64,000 bases of DNA from Nitrospirota bacterium (GTDB lineage Bacteria; Nitrospirota; UBA9217): assembly GCA_963845065.1 (NCBI GenBank), contig CAWJQQ010000006.1, forward strand, positions 64,001 through 128,000, written 5' to 3'. How positions within the stretch are numbered: the first letter of the stretch is position 1; every line of letters starts with the position of its first letter. Under the pieces are notes generated by a model, which was not told where the DNA came from, made no database searches, and was given only the letters and a program-made list of their open reading frames with translations. The translations under genes and the position numbers were made by a program. Below, one piece after another: positions 52,126 through 62,280 of the stretch.

Positions 52126-53204
52126 CTGCCGAAACTGACCCCCATGCCTTCGGCGATCATTACCAGTTCGCTGTTCGGCTCAACAAGTTTGAGGCTGCTG
52201 ATCGCACTTTCGAGTGGCACTGATGTAATGAACGGAGGCTTGTACGATACCATCTCACCGAATTTCTTCTGCGCGATGAGTTCCACTGCGGCCGCGCCGT
52301 ACCTCGTTGCCAGCAGCCGGTCAAAAGGACAGGGGCTGCCCCCGCGTTGTACATGACCGAGTACGGTCACGCGCGTCTCGAAGCTCGTACGTTTGCTGAT
52401 TTCGTTCGCGACAATCTCCCCCATGCCGCCAAGTCTCAGCACGTATCCATCTGAAGCCTTCTCGCGTACAGCCATCTCTCCTCCAGCTGGTTTGGCACCC
52501 TCGGCAACGACTACGATGCTCGACTTACTTCCTGCCTTTTTCCGTTCGAGCAATTTTTCTGTCACTTTGTCTATGCTGAAGGGAATCTCGGGGACCAGGA
52601 TGACGTCTGCGCCGCCTGACATGCCAGCTTCAAGCGCAATCCATCCTGCGTAGCGGCCCATCACTTCGAGAACGATCACGCGTTGGTGGCTCTCTGCCGT
52701 GGTGTGTAGCTTGTCGAGCGCCTCGGTCGCCGTATCCACGGCCGTCTGAAAACCGAAGGTCACATGGGTAGCCATAAGATCATTGTCAATGGTTTTAGGC
52801 ACGCCGATCACCGGTATGCCCAGCTTTTGAAGTCCCTGCCCGATTTTGAGAGACCCGTCACCGCCGATCACGACGAGGGCATCAAGACCAAGGTCCCTGA
52901 TATTATTTACGACCTCGGAAGACATGTCCTCCACGATCTCCTTTCCGTTGACAACAGTCTTGTGAGCGAAAGGGTTTCCGCGGTTCGTTGTCCCAAGGAT
53001 TGTCCCGCCAATGAACAGGATTCCACGGGTGTTCCAGGAAGTGAGCTGGCGAGTCTTAGTCGGCGTAAGCAGTCCTTCGAACCCGTCGATGATCCCGATC
53101 ACTTCCCAGCCGTACTTAAAAATTGCGGTCTTCGCGACTGCCCGGATGACCGCATTGAGCCCCGGGGCATCACCGCCGCCGGATAAAACGCCTATTCGCA
53201 TCAT
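52122..53204 (-). CDS. pfkA: 6-phosphofructokinase (PfkA family)
   Basis: GGGDAPGLN, GGTILGT, GGDGS, PKTIDND, EVMGR, LGHVQRGG. Confidence 0.93.
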   Translation of the reverse strand: MMRIGVLSGGGDAPGLNAVIRAVAKTAIFKYGWEVIGIIDGFEGLLTPTKTRQLTSWNTRGILFIGGTILGTTNRGNPFAHKTVVNGKEIVEDMSSEVVNNIRDLGLDALVVIGGDGSLKIGQGLQKLGIPVIGVPKTIDNDLMATHVTFGFQTAVDTATEALDKLHTTAESHQRVIVLEVMGRYAGWIALEAGMSGGADVILVPEIPFSIDKVTEKLLERKKAGSKSSIVVVAEGAKPAGGEMAVREKASDGYVLRLGGMGEIVANEISKRTSFETRVTVLGHVQRGGSPCPFDRLLATRYGAAAVELIAQKKFGEMVSYKPPFITSVPLESAISSLKLVEPNSELVMIAEGMGVSFGR

Positions 53205-53279
53205 AACCTCCAGGAAAAAAATTGTGTCATTGGTCAAGTAACAAGGGGAAAAAGACATACGACTGTTCACCGATCCTTG

Positions 53280-54140
53280 CTACTTGCCTCTTGACTCCAG
53301 ATTTTGTATTTCTAAAAGCCTCGCCCCACTGTCACAGGCGATCTTCATCACGTCGTCTTGTGTAAACCCTGCCTTGATAAAATATGCCAGCTCAGCATTG
53401 TATGCCTCCCGGTAGTGGGGATCCGGCAAAACACAGTCTGTCCCGATAGTCAGTCCGACGCCGATGTAATGCGCGTACTGTATCATCGCGAGATGTGATA
53501 CGATGAGATTATTAATATAGTCCTTCATCTCGTCCGGCATCCCGGCGGCATCCGCTGCACGTGCAAGCGCCCCGACAGTCGGGGTCCAGTATGTTCCATG
53601 CTGTACCAGGGCATCGAGCGCCTTTTTTGTCATGAAAAATCCGTGTTCAATCGAACAAACGCCTGATTCGGCTGATTCAATGATCGCCTGCTCGCCATTT
53701 GCGTGGGCCATGACCTTGAGACCTTCGCTATGGGCTGCTTGCACAAGTGCAAGCAAGTCCTGTCTGCTAAATCCTCCCGGCGTGATAGCCCCTCTCGTCT
53801 TGAGGCTAACCATTCCTGAAGCGACAACTTTTATTATATCAGCCCCCGCAGTCTTGAGCCTGCAAATTTCTTTGAAAATCTCATCCCTGCCTTCCACTGG
53901 GATCCCGAATGAGTAACCATAACCACCTTTTTTATAAAGCGCCCATCCCGCAGAAATTATCGCGGGCATACCCTGCTGTCCACCTAGCTTGCCAAGACCC
54001 AGGCTTGCAGCGTTTTTCGTTCCTGCATCGCGCACAGCATAAACCCCTGCCTCGATGATTGCTTTGAGGCCCTTGTTCTCCCTGATATGCACATGGGTGT
54101 CCACAAATCGTGCGTTATGGACCGTGTCGTGATCATACAT
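53280..54140 (-). CDS. Metal-dependent amidohydrolase
   Basis: VDTHVH, GADIIK, AHANG, SIEHG, GTD. Confidence 0.85.
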   Translation of the reverse strand: MYDHDTVHNARFVDTHVHIRENKGLKAIIEAGVYAVRDAGTKNAASLGLGKLGGQQGMPAIISAGWALYKKGGYGYSFGIPVEGRDEIFKEICRLKTAGADIIKVVASGMVSLKTRGAITPGGFSRQDLLALVQAAHSEGLKVMAHANGEQAIIESAESGVCSIEHGFFMTKKALDALVQHGTYWTPTVGALARAADAAGMPDEMKDYINNLIVSHLAMIQYAHYIGVGLTIGTDCVLPDPHYREAYNAELAYFIKAGFTQDDVMKIACDSGARLLEIQNLESRGK

Positions 54141-54176
54141 GTCTCATAATAGATTAACATGCCATCTTCCCGCAAC

Positions 54177-56378
54177 TTAAAAATTGACGGTCAGTCGCAA
54201 CCCAACCTGGTTGTAATTGAAACCGGTTGTCGTTCCGGCATAGTTTCCTCCCTCACTGCTAATTTCGCATGCAATGCTCTTCTTCATCTTCCATCCCACA
54301 GACGCTGAATAACCAGAAAAAAAGTTCCCGGTGTTTACCCCATACCGTTTGAAAGACTGATACCCGGTATATGGCTCCAGATAGGCGTAGAGATCCTCGT
54401 GTTCGGCATAAATAGAGGCAAAAATCTGGTGCGAAATGAAATCGTCCGGATCGAAGTATCCGCTCCCGCTCTGACGTCTAAAGTCCCAGTATCTGAACCG
54501 GTAGCCGGTGGCTATTTTAAGGGGAGCGAGTGCGAATGCATATCTTGCTCCCACCCGCAAATCGGCTGCGTCGTTGGAGTCGGAGTAACTGGATTGAATA
54601 TAATTTTCGGAAAACGTCAGGTGAGAGGACGCTGTTTCGGAGAAGCCGAGAGTTTCACTCGTACGCCTGATCCAGTTTTGCACGAGCTGAGCTGTGTCCG
54701 AAAGTTCTTCCCTCGACACATTGATGCCGGATGTCCACCAGCCCATGTTTATATCAGCATTGGCCTGGCCGATGAGAGCGTTCCGGGTTCCACCAGCGGT
54801 ACTGCTGACACCCGCTCCCACGCCGGTGCCAAGCTTACCATCATGCCTGTGGGTTGTGACCCAGAGGTCTTCGGCCCATTCGTGTCTCATGGGATCCCTG
54901 GCATCGGTCAACCGGTAATCGAGCTCTGTTTTCCAGTCGCCTGTCCAGAAACCGCATGAAAGCATGGTACGCTTCACCGTGTTACTGTCAGAATCCCGAT
55001 AATAGCTTTCCTCAAGGTTAATGTGAGACGCCAGCGCCGCTCTAAGCTTATCCGAGAATTTTACAAGTTCTTTTTGCTGGGCTGTGGAACTAGGCGCCAA
55101 GGTCTTCCCAATTTCCTGCGCCTTATCCTTTTTCCCAGTATCCAGATACGCATATGCGAGGCCGATGCGTGCATCAAAGCTCTCCCCCCCCGCAAGAATG
55201 CGTTCATAGAGCGGGATCGAAGCATCGTCGTTCCCCCTCCATCTGAGAACGTTTGCTTTGACGAGCAGCGCTTCCCGGTCATCGGGATTCTTATCCAAAA
55301 CAATGTCAACTTCCGTCTGCGCCTCGCTCAGTTTGTCCGACCAAGACAAAACTTTCGCCAATTGCACGCGGGCTTTATTGTTCAATGGATCCTCCGTCAG
55401 AATCTCCCGCAGGATGTGTGATGCCTCCTCTAGGCGGTCCGCCCAGGATATCACCTCTGCCATATGGAGGCGTTCCTCTATGGTAAAGGCCGCGGCGTCC
55501 AAAGACAAGGCTTTTGCATATTCATCGGCAGCACGTTTATTATCCTCCTGCGATGCGTATCCGTCTCCGCGGTTTTTTCTTTCCCGGGCATCCTCAGTCT
55601 TGCTTTTCCCGTCGCTGACGGACTCTGCAGTAGGCGCCAAGGTCCCTGCGCCGCCCTGCCTTTGCTCTTCAGCCGATGCTGCGCCAAGCATTTCTGTGAA
55701 TTTTATAAGTTCCTTTTGCTGGGCTGTGGAACTAGGCGCCAAGGTCTTCCCAATTTCCTGCGCCTTATCCTTTTTCCCAGTATCCAGATACGCATATGCG
55801 AGGCCGATGCGTGCATCAAAGCTCTCCCCCCCCGCAAGAATGCGTTCATAGAGCGGGATCGAAGCATCGTCGTTCCCCCTCCATCTGAGAACGTTTGCTT
55901 TGACGAGCAGCGCTTCCCGGTCATCGGGATTCTTATCCAAAACAATGTCAACTTCCGTCTGCGCCTCGCTCAGTTTGTCCGACCAAGACAAAACTTTCGC
56001 CAATTGCACGCGGGCTTTATTGTTCAATGGATCCTCCGTCAGAATCTCCCGCAGGATGTGTGATGCCTCCTCTAGGCGGTCCGCCCAGGATATCACCTCT
56101 GCCATATGGAGGCGTTCCTCTATGGTAAAGGCCGCGGCGTCCAAAGACAAGGCTTTTGCATATTCATCGGCAGCACGTTTATTATCCTCCTGCGATGCGT
56201 ATCCGTCTCCGCGGTTTTTTCTTTCCCGGGCATCCTCAGTCTTGCTTTTCCCGTCGCTGACGGACTCTGCAGTAGGCGCCAAGGTCCCTGCGCCGCCCTG
56301 CCTTTGCTCTTCAGCAAAGACGAGAGCAGTACACGCTCCGAGAAGCATGGCGGTTATCATCAATGTTCGAGCTCTCAT
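54177..56378 (-). CDS. Exported TPR-repeat protein with C-terminal outer-membrane beta-barrel (PgaA/YaiO-like export component)
   Basis: Signal peptide, TPR helices, amphipathic beta-strand C-terminus with GYFDP and terminal Phe. Confidence 0.75.
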   Translation of the reverse strand: MRARTLMITAMLLGACTALVFAEEQRQGGAGTLAPTAESVSDGKSKTEDARERKNRGDGYASQEDNKRAADEYAKALSLDAAAFTIEERLHMAEVISWADRLEEASHILREILTEDPLNNKARVQLAKVLSWSDKLSEAQTEVDIVLDKNPDDREALLVKANVLRWRGNDDASIPLYERILAGGESFDARIGLAYAYLDTGKKDKAQEIGKTLAPSSTAQQKELIKFTEMLGAASAEEQRQGGAGTLAPTAESVSDGKSKTEDARERKNRGDGYASQEDNKRAADEYAKALSLDAAAFTIEERLHMAEVISWADRLEEASHILREILTEDPLNNKARVQLAKVLSWSDKLSEAQTEVDIVLDKNPDDREALLVKANVLRWRGNDDASIPLYERILAGGESFDARIGLAYAYLDTGKKDKAQEIGKTLAPSSTAQQKELVKFSDKLRAALASHINLEESYYRDSDSNTVKRTMLSCGFWTGDWKTELDYRLTDARDPMRHEWAEDLWVTTHRHDGKLGTGVGAGVSSTAGGTRNALIGQANADINMGWWTSGINVSREELSDTAQLVQNWIRRTSETLGFSETASSHLTFSENYIQSSYSDSNDAADLRVGARYAFALAPLKIATGYRFRYWDFRRQSGSGYFDPDDFISHQIFASIYAEHEDLYAYLEPYTGYQSFKRYGVNTGNFFSGYSASVGWKMKKSIACEISSEGGNYAGTTTGFNYNQVGLRLTVNF
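55072..56315. repeat. Intragenic tandem duplication, period 642 bp
   Basis: 55072-55673 and 55714-56315 look identical; six-frame ORFs recur at a 642-nt offset (55258/55900, 55464/56106). Confidence 0.95.
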
Positions 56379-57157
56379 GGCCCCATCTCGATCAATCCCC
56401 GAAATCGATGGAGGTCAACAGTACGATCGATTGTCAGCCGTGGGATGTCGTACGGGCTGCTTCCCTTTACCAGATATCTATTCTCCGAGTTCAGAATGAA
56501 GGAAAACCCAGATTGTCGCGCAATCTCGATGCTCATCGCATTATGCATGCCGTAAGGCCAGGCAAGAGTTTTCGCAGGCCGGCCCATTTCCCTGGTTATG
56601 ACTTCCTGAAATACGATAAGATCCCGTCTCAATTTTGCATTAAATTCGTTAACTGCATCCGCCCGCGCTTTATTACCGTACCATGTATGGAGTCCGTACG
56701 TATGGCATCCAATCTCCACAATTCCACTCTTGGCCAGAAAACGGCATTCATCCCAGCTCAAGCGCGGATCGTTTCCTTCCACGAAGGTGCCCATATACTC
56801 TCCAATGACATTGATCGTCGATTTGAACCCGTATTTCTGAAAAAGGGGAAAGGCATAGTCAATGAACGATACAAACCCGTCGTCAAACGTGATAATTACA
56901 GCCCGCTGCGCTTGCTCTGCATCGAGCTTGTCGATCTCCCCGAAGAAGATTGTTCGATATCCTTCACCATAGAGCCACTCCATCTGCATGGCAAAGCGTG
57001 GCGGCAATACAGTTTCCACCTCAGCAATTATATGTGAGACATCGTGATACATAAGCACAGGGATATTCACTGCGTTCGCAAAACATACTTCGGCGAACGA
57101 CAGCGAGACTACTGCGGCACCGCCCAGCTTGAGGAATTCCCTTCGCGTCAGGTTCAT
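56375..57157 (-). CDS. Tat-exported CE4 polysaccharide deacetylase (IcaB/PgaB-like)
   Basis: MNLTRREFLK Tat motif; PVLMYHD, ITFDDG, GCHTYGLH, AWPYG. Confidence 0.9.
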   Translation of the reverse strand: MNLTRREFLKLGGAAVVSLSFAEVCFANAVNIPVLMYHDVSHIIAEVETVLPPRFAMQMEWLYGEGYRTIFFGEIDKLDAEQAQRAVIITFDDGFVSFIDYAFPLFQKYGFKSTINVIGEYMGTFVEGNDPRLSWDECRFLAKSGIVEIGCHTYGLHTWYGNKARADAVNEFNAKLRRDLIVFQEVITREMGRPAKTLAWPYGMHNAMSIEIARQSGFSFILNSENRYLVKGSSPYDIPRLTIDRTVDLHRFRGLIEMGP

Positions 57158-59568
57158 TTTTCCTCCGGAATTGTCTGAAGAATTTTCTGGTAGATATAGT
57201 AGCTTTCCTTCAAGTATGTATGATAGATCGGCGTATTCCACTCGTCCCAAGAATACGCTTTAATGTGCTCCGGGGCGAGTACTGCAGGAAGGTTGTCGGT
57301 GTGGTTGCTTGTTCTCCCGGTTTTGTGGGAGACAAATTCCCCCCCCTCCGGTTGGTACGAAATCGCAAGGGTTCTTATACCGGCGGTCTTTCGTGTTTCC
57401 ATGTCTTTGTCCTTCCACAAAACCGTTTTAGAGCTGGGATCAGTGACATTCATGAGTCCCCAGGGAATGCGGAGCTCGATCTTGTTGTCGAGAAAAAAGA
57501 AGTCGGCAAGGGAATGATAATCTCGGCTCTTAACGTCAAGGCTGCCGAAGCGGAGCTGGCTCATGGTAAAAACATGCGCAGGAAAAAAATGTTTACCGTC
57601 TTTACTGATCCTGCGGATGTTCGTCTCGTTCTGCATCATCACCCATGCTCCCTGGTCCGACTCTTCAGGCCGAACCAGGCCAGTCTGATCATTGAGATAT
57701 TTATCATATGCTGCAGACACGAGGATTCTGCTTTTATCCTTCCCGACAAGATGAAGAAGAAAAGTGAGCCCCACCGGGCTCATGAGGTTCAGCTCATAAG
57801 GAAACAGCCGTTCGCCGACACCGGAAACACAGGTATCGAGCCCGATTAAGAAGTTCGCCGTAGCAAAATCGATCGCTCCTGCAGTTTCAAGCAAAAGATA
57901 GAGATACCCCTCATCATGCTGCGCGGACAACCGTACTAGTCGCCTTGCATCATCGGAGCCGTTGGCAAATCGGCAGGCCATGGTATCGTCATTTTTTTCG
58001 TAGAGAGCAGGGATGCCTTTCCAGTCTGCTTCACGGCAGGTGAGATTCACTTTCTTTTCCGGATACCCTGGATATGCTGCCAAAAGACCGTAGTTCTCTT
58101 CGGGGTCCTGCGCGTTGAACCAGAACCCCTTTCTGTCTGCCGGAAGCTCGGCGTTCATGAACAGCCAGTTTCTCTTAAACCACTCGTCAAACCAGCCAAA
58201 TAGAACCCCTCCGGCCATGCCTGCTTGGTGAATAGCCTTCATCTGCAACACATTGATCTCGCCCTGCTCCCGGTCACCGTGGCCGCCATGGTTCCACCCA
58301 AGTCGGTTCCAATGCGCGGACTCACGACTAGAGGGGACGCCGAATTCAGCAATTACGACCGGCTGGCGACCGTGATGTTTTTTCAGTGCAGAAAGGTAGG
58401 CTCGATAGGGATTCTCCCGGTCGAGATAATCGTTGTTCATGAAATCGGGGTAATAGGGATATACATGATAAAGCGCGAAAAATCCGTTGCCTTTGATCGA
58501 GGTTATCTTTGCAAGATCAAGCGACTCTACGTCCTCCATGTGGACGTCGATGCAGGGCCCCCCCCTATACACCTGCGGCAGTTTACCCTCCATACGATAC
58601 TCATCTTCATATGTAGATTCAGACGGGTGATCGATGGGGTCGAGTGTCGGCCAGTTAACGGTCGTGACCGGGTGGGAGCAGCGATAAGTCCCATACTCGT
58701 AGCTCTGAAGAAAGTCGCATGTCTTCGTTATCCAAATCTCAAAGGGCGTCCCGTTCTCAATCCGCAAAAAGGCACCGCGGTAATCACCCATCTTCCGCTC
58801 GTGGCTGTCGTTGTATCCTTTGACCGCGCAACTCTCCCACTCCCTCCCAATAATAAAACCCGCTACGTACGGTGACACGTCGTATTTAAAGTTACCGTGG
58901 GGACGACCCGGCCGTTCAGGCAGCATCGTGTTCCCGAAGATCACGTTCACGGCGTCCTTGATTTCCGCAAAAAGCCCTTCTTTGAACTGATCGTTATCGA
59001 AGTCATTGTCTTCTGGCAGCTCTGTCCATATTTCCTGAAAAAGATATAATCTTTTGCCTGATCCATTGAACTGGTAAAGCGCTTCGTAGAAGTCTGGTGG
59101 AAGGATGGTATAGACCCTCACGGCATTTGCCCCGAGTGCTAATATCTGATGAAACCACTTGAGGTAGGTCATCTTTTTCACCACGTAGTCACCCGGGAAA
59201 TATCCAGGTAGGCCGAGACCGATATTGACACCCTTGATGAAAAATTTCTTCCAGGTGCCGTCGTGAATCTCTAGGTATTCCTTCCCGGCCCTGAATCGAG
59301 ATCGTCGGCTTACGTGCGGTTTACTGCTGTGCGCGTGATCAATAGTGCTGATGAATTTCTGCGCTTCTTTGTTTTCTGGTTTCAGTTCGAGCGCCTGCGT
59401 AAAAGCCCAGCGGGCCGTGGGCAGGTCTCCGAGATGCAAGTGCGCGACACCTAGGCCGAAGAAAGCGTCTGACTCTTTCCCCCGGTCAAGAGCCCGTTTG
59501 AAGATATTAACAGCCTCCTGATAATCTTCCTTTTTGACTGCCAAATAACCGAGATCTACAATGTTCAT
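57154..59568 (-). CDS. TPR plus clan GH-A-like glycoside hydrolase
   Basis: N-terminal TPRs; FIKGVN, GANAVRVY, GREWE, YHVYPY, IAEFG, FGWFDEWFK. Confidence 0.75.
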   Translation of the reverse strand: MNIVDLGYLAVKKEDYQEAVNIFKRALDRGKESDAFFGLGVAHLHLGDLPTARWAFTQALELKPENKEAQKFISTIDHAHSSKPHVSRRSRFRAGKEYLEIHDGTWKKFFIKGVNIGLGLPGYFPGDYVVKKMTYLKWFHQILALGANAVRVYTILPPDFYEALYQFNGSGKRLYLFQEIWTELPEDNDFDNDQFKEGLFAEIKDAVNVIFGNTMLPERPGRPHGNFKYDVSPYVAGFIIGREWESCAVKGYNDSHERKMGDYRGAFLRIENGTPFEIWITKTCDFLQSYEYGTYRCSHPVTTVNWPTLDPIDHPSESTYEDEYRMEGKLPQVYRGGPCIDVHMEDVESLDLAKITSIKGNGFFALYHVYPYYPDFMNNDYLDRENPYRAYLSALKKHHGRQPVVIAEFGVPSSRESAHWNRLGWNHGGHGDREQGEINVLQMKAIHQAGMAGGVLFGWFDEWFKRNWLFMNAELPADRKGFWFNAQDPEENYGLLAAYPGYPEKKVNLTCREADWKGIPALYEKNDDTMACRFANGSDDARRLVRLSAQHDEGYLYLLLETAGAIDFATANFLIGLDTCVSGVGERLFPYELNLMSPVGLTFLLHLVGKDKSRILVSAAYDKYLNDQTGLVRPEESDQGAWVMMQNETNIRRISKDGKHFFPAHVFTMSQLRFGSLDVKSRDYHSLADFFFLDNKIELRIPWGLMNVTDPSSKTVLWKDKDMETRKTAGIRTLAISYQPEGGEFVSHKTGRTSNHTDNLPAVLAPEHIKAYSWDEWNTPIYHTYLKESYYIYQKILQTIPEEK

Positions 59569-60995
59569 CGGTCTCCACCTTTCTCTTCACGCCTTCCTTT
59601 GTGCTGGACATGTTCCCAGTGGGTTCGTCCAGTCAGGAAGTTTACTACCGCCTGCAGCCGCCAAAATGAATTAATCTGACGGTATCCAAAGTTCTCGAAT
59701 ACACCATATAACAGAAGCAGAAACATGTGCCGCCACCGGGGATACCGTCGATAGGTAATTTCTTCCAGAAAAACCCCGGCAGTCGATAGAAAAACTCCGT
59801 ACAAAATGGCCAAGGTGAGAAAGAGCATAAGAAACTTAATGCTAAGGAGGCCCACGGCATACGAAAGTACCACGACGAAATACCCCGTCACCTCTATTAT
59901 GGGGCCGATGACTTCAAAAAAAACGTAATAGGGCATGACGACCATTCCGATTATCCCGTACCGTGGTTTCAGCAGCATTTCACTGTTTTCACAAATGCTC
60001 TGGATCAACCCGAGGTGCCACCGGCGCCGCTGACGAGCCAGCATTTTTAAGTTTATCGGCACCTCGGTCCAGCAAATGGGATCCGAAATGAACCGTATGT
60101 GGTATGGTTTTCCCTGACGTCGCTTGTACCTGTGAAGCCGGACGATCATCTCCATGTCCTCTGATACATTCCCGACGCTGAATCCTCCCGAGTCGATAAC
60201 CGTTTGCTTGTGAAACATTGAAAATGTACCTGAGAGAATGAGCAGGGAATTCAACGCATCCCATCCGACGCGCCCGAACATGAACCCCCGAATGTACTCA
60301 ACGATCTGGAACAGGACGAGTCTGTTCTTCGGGAGTTCAATCTCCTGAATCGTGATATCATCTTTGAGTACAACACCGTTCAAAACTCGAACAACACCGC
60401 CGCACGCGACGACCGGCACATTACTGTCCAGCACTGGGGCCATAATCCTTATAAGTGCATCTATTTCGAGCAGCGAGTCCGCGTCGACGGAGCAGAAATA
60501 CGGACTGCGTGATGCGTTTATCCCACAATTCAAGGCATCGGACTTGCCACCCTGGATCTTATCGATCACGAGCAGGTTCGGCGTCTCTTCTCCGGCGTAG
60601 AAGCCTTTCACCGTTTCGGTCTCGAGGAACTCCCGGTACACCCGGTCGACTTTCTTGAGACGGAATGTTTCTATCACCGTCCTTAACGTATCATCCTGAG
60701 AACCGTCATTGATCACGATCACTTCGAACAAGGGATAGTCACATGCAATTGCTGCGCGCACGCTCTTGCACACAACGTTTACTTCATTATGAACAGGGAT
60801 CAAAATCGAGACAGGGGGGGTTTGCAAGGACGAATGAAAATCCCTGATCGGGGCATATTTTATTCTTTTAATGTGTCGTAAGATAGAGAAAAGAGACATC
60901 ATAAGGAGGCATGCATAGATGGTATTCACGACACCGAAGTAGGCTCCGACAAAATAATTGAAACCTAGGATAAAGGTGACGACGGCTTCTCTCAT
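59565..60995 (-). CDS. Processive membrane GT2 polysaccharide synthase
   Basis: PVHNE, NDGS, GGKSDALN, DADS, SED, QRRRW; flanking TM helices. Confidence 0.92.
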   Translation of the reverse strand: MREAVVTFILGFNYFVGAYFGVVNTIYACLLMMSLFSILRHIKRIKYAPIRDFHSSLQTPPVSILIPVHNEVNVVCKSVRAAIACDYPLFEVIVINDGSQDDTLRTVIETFRLKKVDRVYREFLETETVKGFYAGEETPNLLVIDKIQGGKSDALNCGINASRSPYFCSVDADSLLEIDALIRIMAPVLDSNVPVVACGGVVRVLNGVVLKDDITIQEIELPKNRLVLFQIVEYIRGFMFGRVGWDALNSLLILSGTFSMFHKQTVIDSGGFSVGNVSEDMEMIVRLHRYKRRQGKPYHIRFISDPICWTEVPINLKMLARQRRRWHLGLIQSICENSEMLLKPRYGIIGMVVMPYYVFFEVIGPIIEVTGYFVVVLSYAVGLLSIKFLMLFLTLAILYGVFLSTAGVFLEEITYRRYPRWRHMFLLLLYGVFENFGYRQINSFWRLQAVVNFLTGRTHWEHVQHKGRREEKGGDR

Positions 60996-62272
60996 CGGTC
61001 AGCACCTGATGTGAGGAGGTGCCGCACTATCTGCTTGATCCGCTCGTCCTCGCCGGCCTCCAGGTATGCCGTGAGCGGAATAGAAAACCCGAGAGCATGC
61101 ATGAGCCGTAATATTTCATGGCATTTTGCCCGCAGTGTCTTATCGTCGTCATCAAGATGCTTGATCAGCCAATCAGAAAATCTTGTTTTCTCAATCTCTT
61201 CGCAAATGCTCTCCTTAGCATAGAAGTCTTTCGTCTTGAGTGCGTCATAAAACACATCAACTGCACAGCTGCCGATATGCGTCAAGGCAAGCGCTGCCTC
61301 GCTCCTTACTTGCCAGTTTTCGTCAAAGAGAAGTTTTTCGAGGAGCTTGGCTGCCGATTCACAGGTAAGCTCGTTAACCGATTTGACTGCCTGAAGTCGC
61401 ACGAACCAGACCGGATCGTTCAGAAGAGGCAAGATGAGGTCGGATGCCTGGGGTGGAATGGAATACCCATCACTCCCAATCACTTTGAGCGCCTTGCTCC
61501 TCACCTCTGGGTTGGCACTTCCCAGATATTTGATGGCCAAGGACAAGGATCGCGGATCAGGTGGCAGGAACGAAAGCATTTCGAGAACGCAAGAGAGTAT
61601 CCAGGGATCGTTCTGGTCCTCTCGATAGTCGGTGAGATACGGTATGGCCTCCCCTCCGAAATTGAGAAGTGATGTTTCCATTGCTTTACGCGTTACGAGC
61701 GTCTTACCGAGTAGAGTCGGCAGCCGCTCAATGATTCCAACAAGTCCTTCCTTCGAACGGAGCCTGCTCAGTGCTCGGACTGTCACGGACAGTATCTCAG
61801 GGTTGTTAGTATCTAGTAACGGGATGAGGCGCGACGTGGATAATAAGCACCCCATTTTCCCAAGCTTGTCAATGGCTGATGCCCTGACCAACACGTTTCT
61901 GCGACCAAGGCGCTTCTCGTAAAATTCCACATAACCCAATCTGCGGAACAATGCTTTTACTTCACCGGTTTGGCGATTCTCTGCCATTAATTCCAGCAGC
62001 ACCTCTTCAAGAGCCTGCCACGCGAGCGAACTTGGCTTGAAGCTGAAATTTTTTTTGCTTGATGCGATCTCCCCCGTTGCGATTGCCCGCCGCACACTGT
62101 CCCGATACGTTTCCCGAAGAACGTCAAGCTGGCGATGCATTCGACTATGCCATCCTCGCCTCACAATGCTTGCAAGCAAAAGGGCAACCGTCAACAGCGT
62201 GATCGACACAATGGCAATGATGATTATTATGATTATCACGTTGTCGTGCATGGATGGTAACGGGTGCTCCAC
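60992..62272 (-). CDS. Membrane-anchored HEAT-repeat protein
   Basis: N-terminal TM; repeats LLNDPVWFVRLQAV, LLFDENWQVRSEAA, NPEVRSKAL. Confidence 0.85.
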   Translation of the reverse strand: MEHPLPSMHDNVIIIIIIIAIVSITLLTVALLLASIVRRGWHSRMHRQLDVLRETYRDSVRRAIATGEIASSKKNFSFKPSSLAWQALEEVLLELMAENRQTGEVKALFRRLGYVEFYEKRLGRRNVLVRASAIDKLGKMGCLLSTSRLIPLLDTNNPEILSVTVRALSRLRSKEGLVGIIERLPTLLGKTLVTRKAMETSLLNFGGEAIPYLTDYREDQNDPWILSCVLEMLSFLPPDPRSLSLAIKYLGSANPEVRSKALKVIGSDGYSIPPQASDLILPLLNDPVWFVRLQAVKSVNELTCESAAKLLEKLLFDENWQVRSEAALALTHIGSCAVDVFYDALKTKDFYAKESICEEIEKTRFSDWLIKHLDDDDKTLRAKCHEILRLMHALGFSIPLTAYLEAGEDERIKQIVRHLLTSGADR

Positions 62273-62280
62273 GTATCGGT

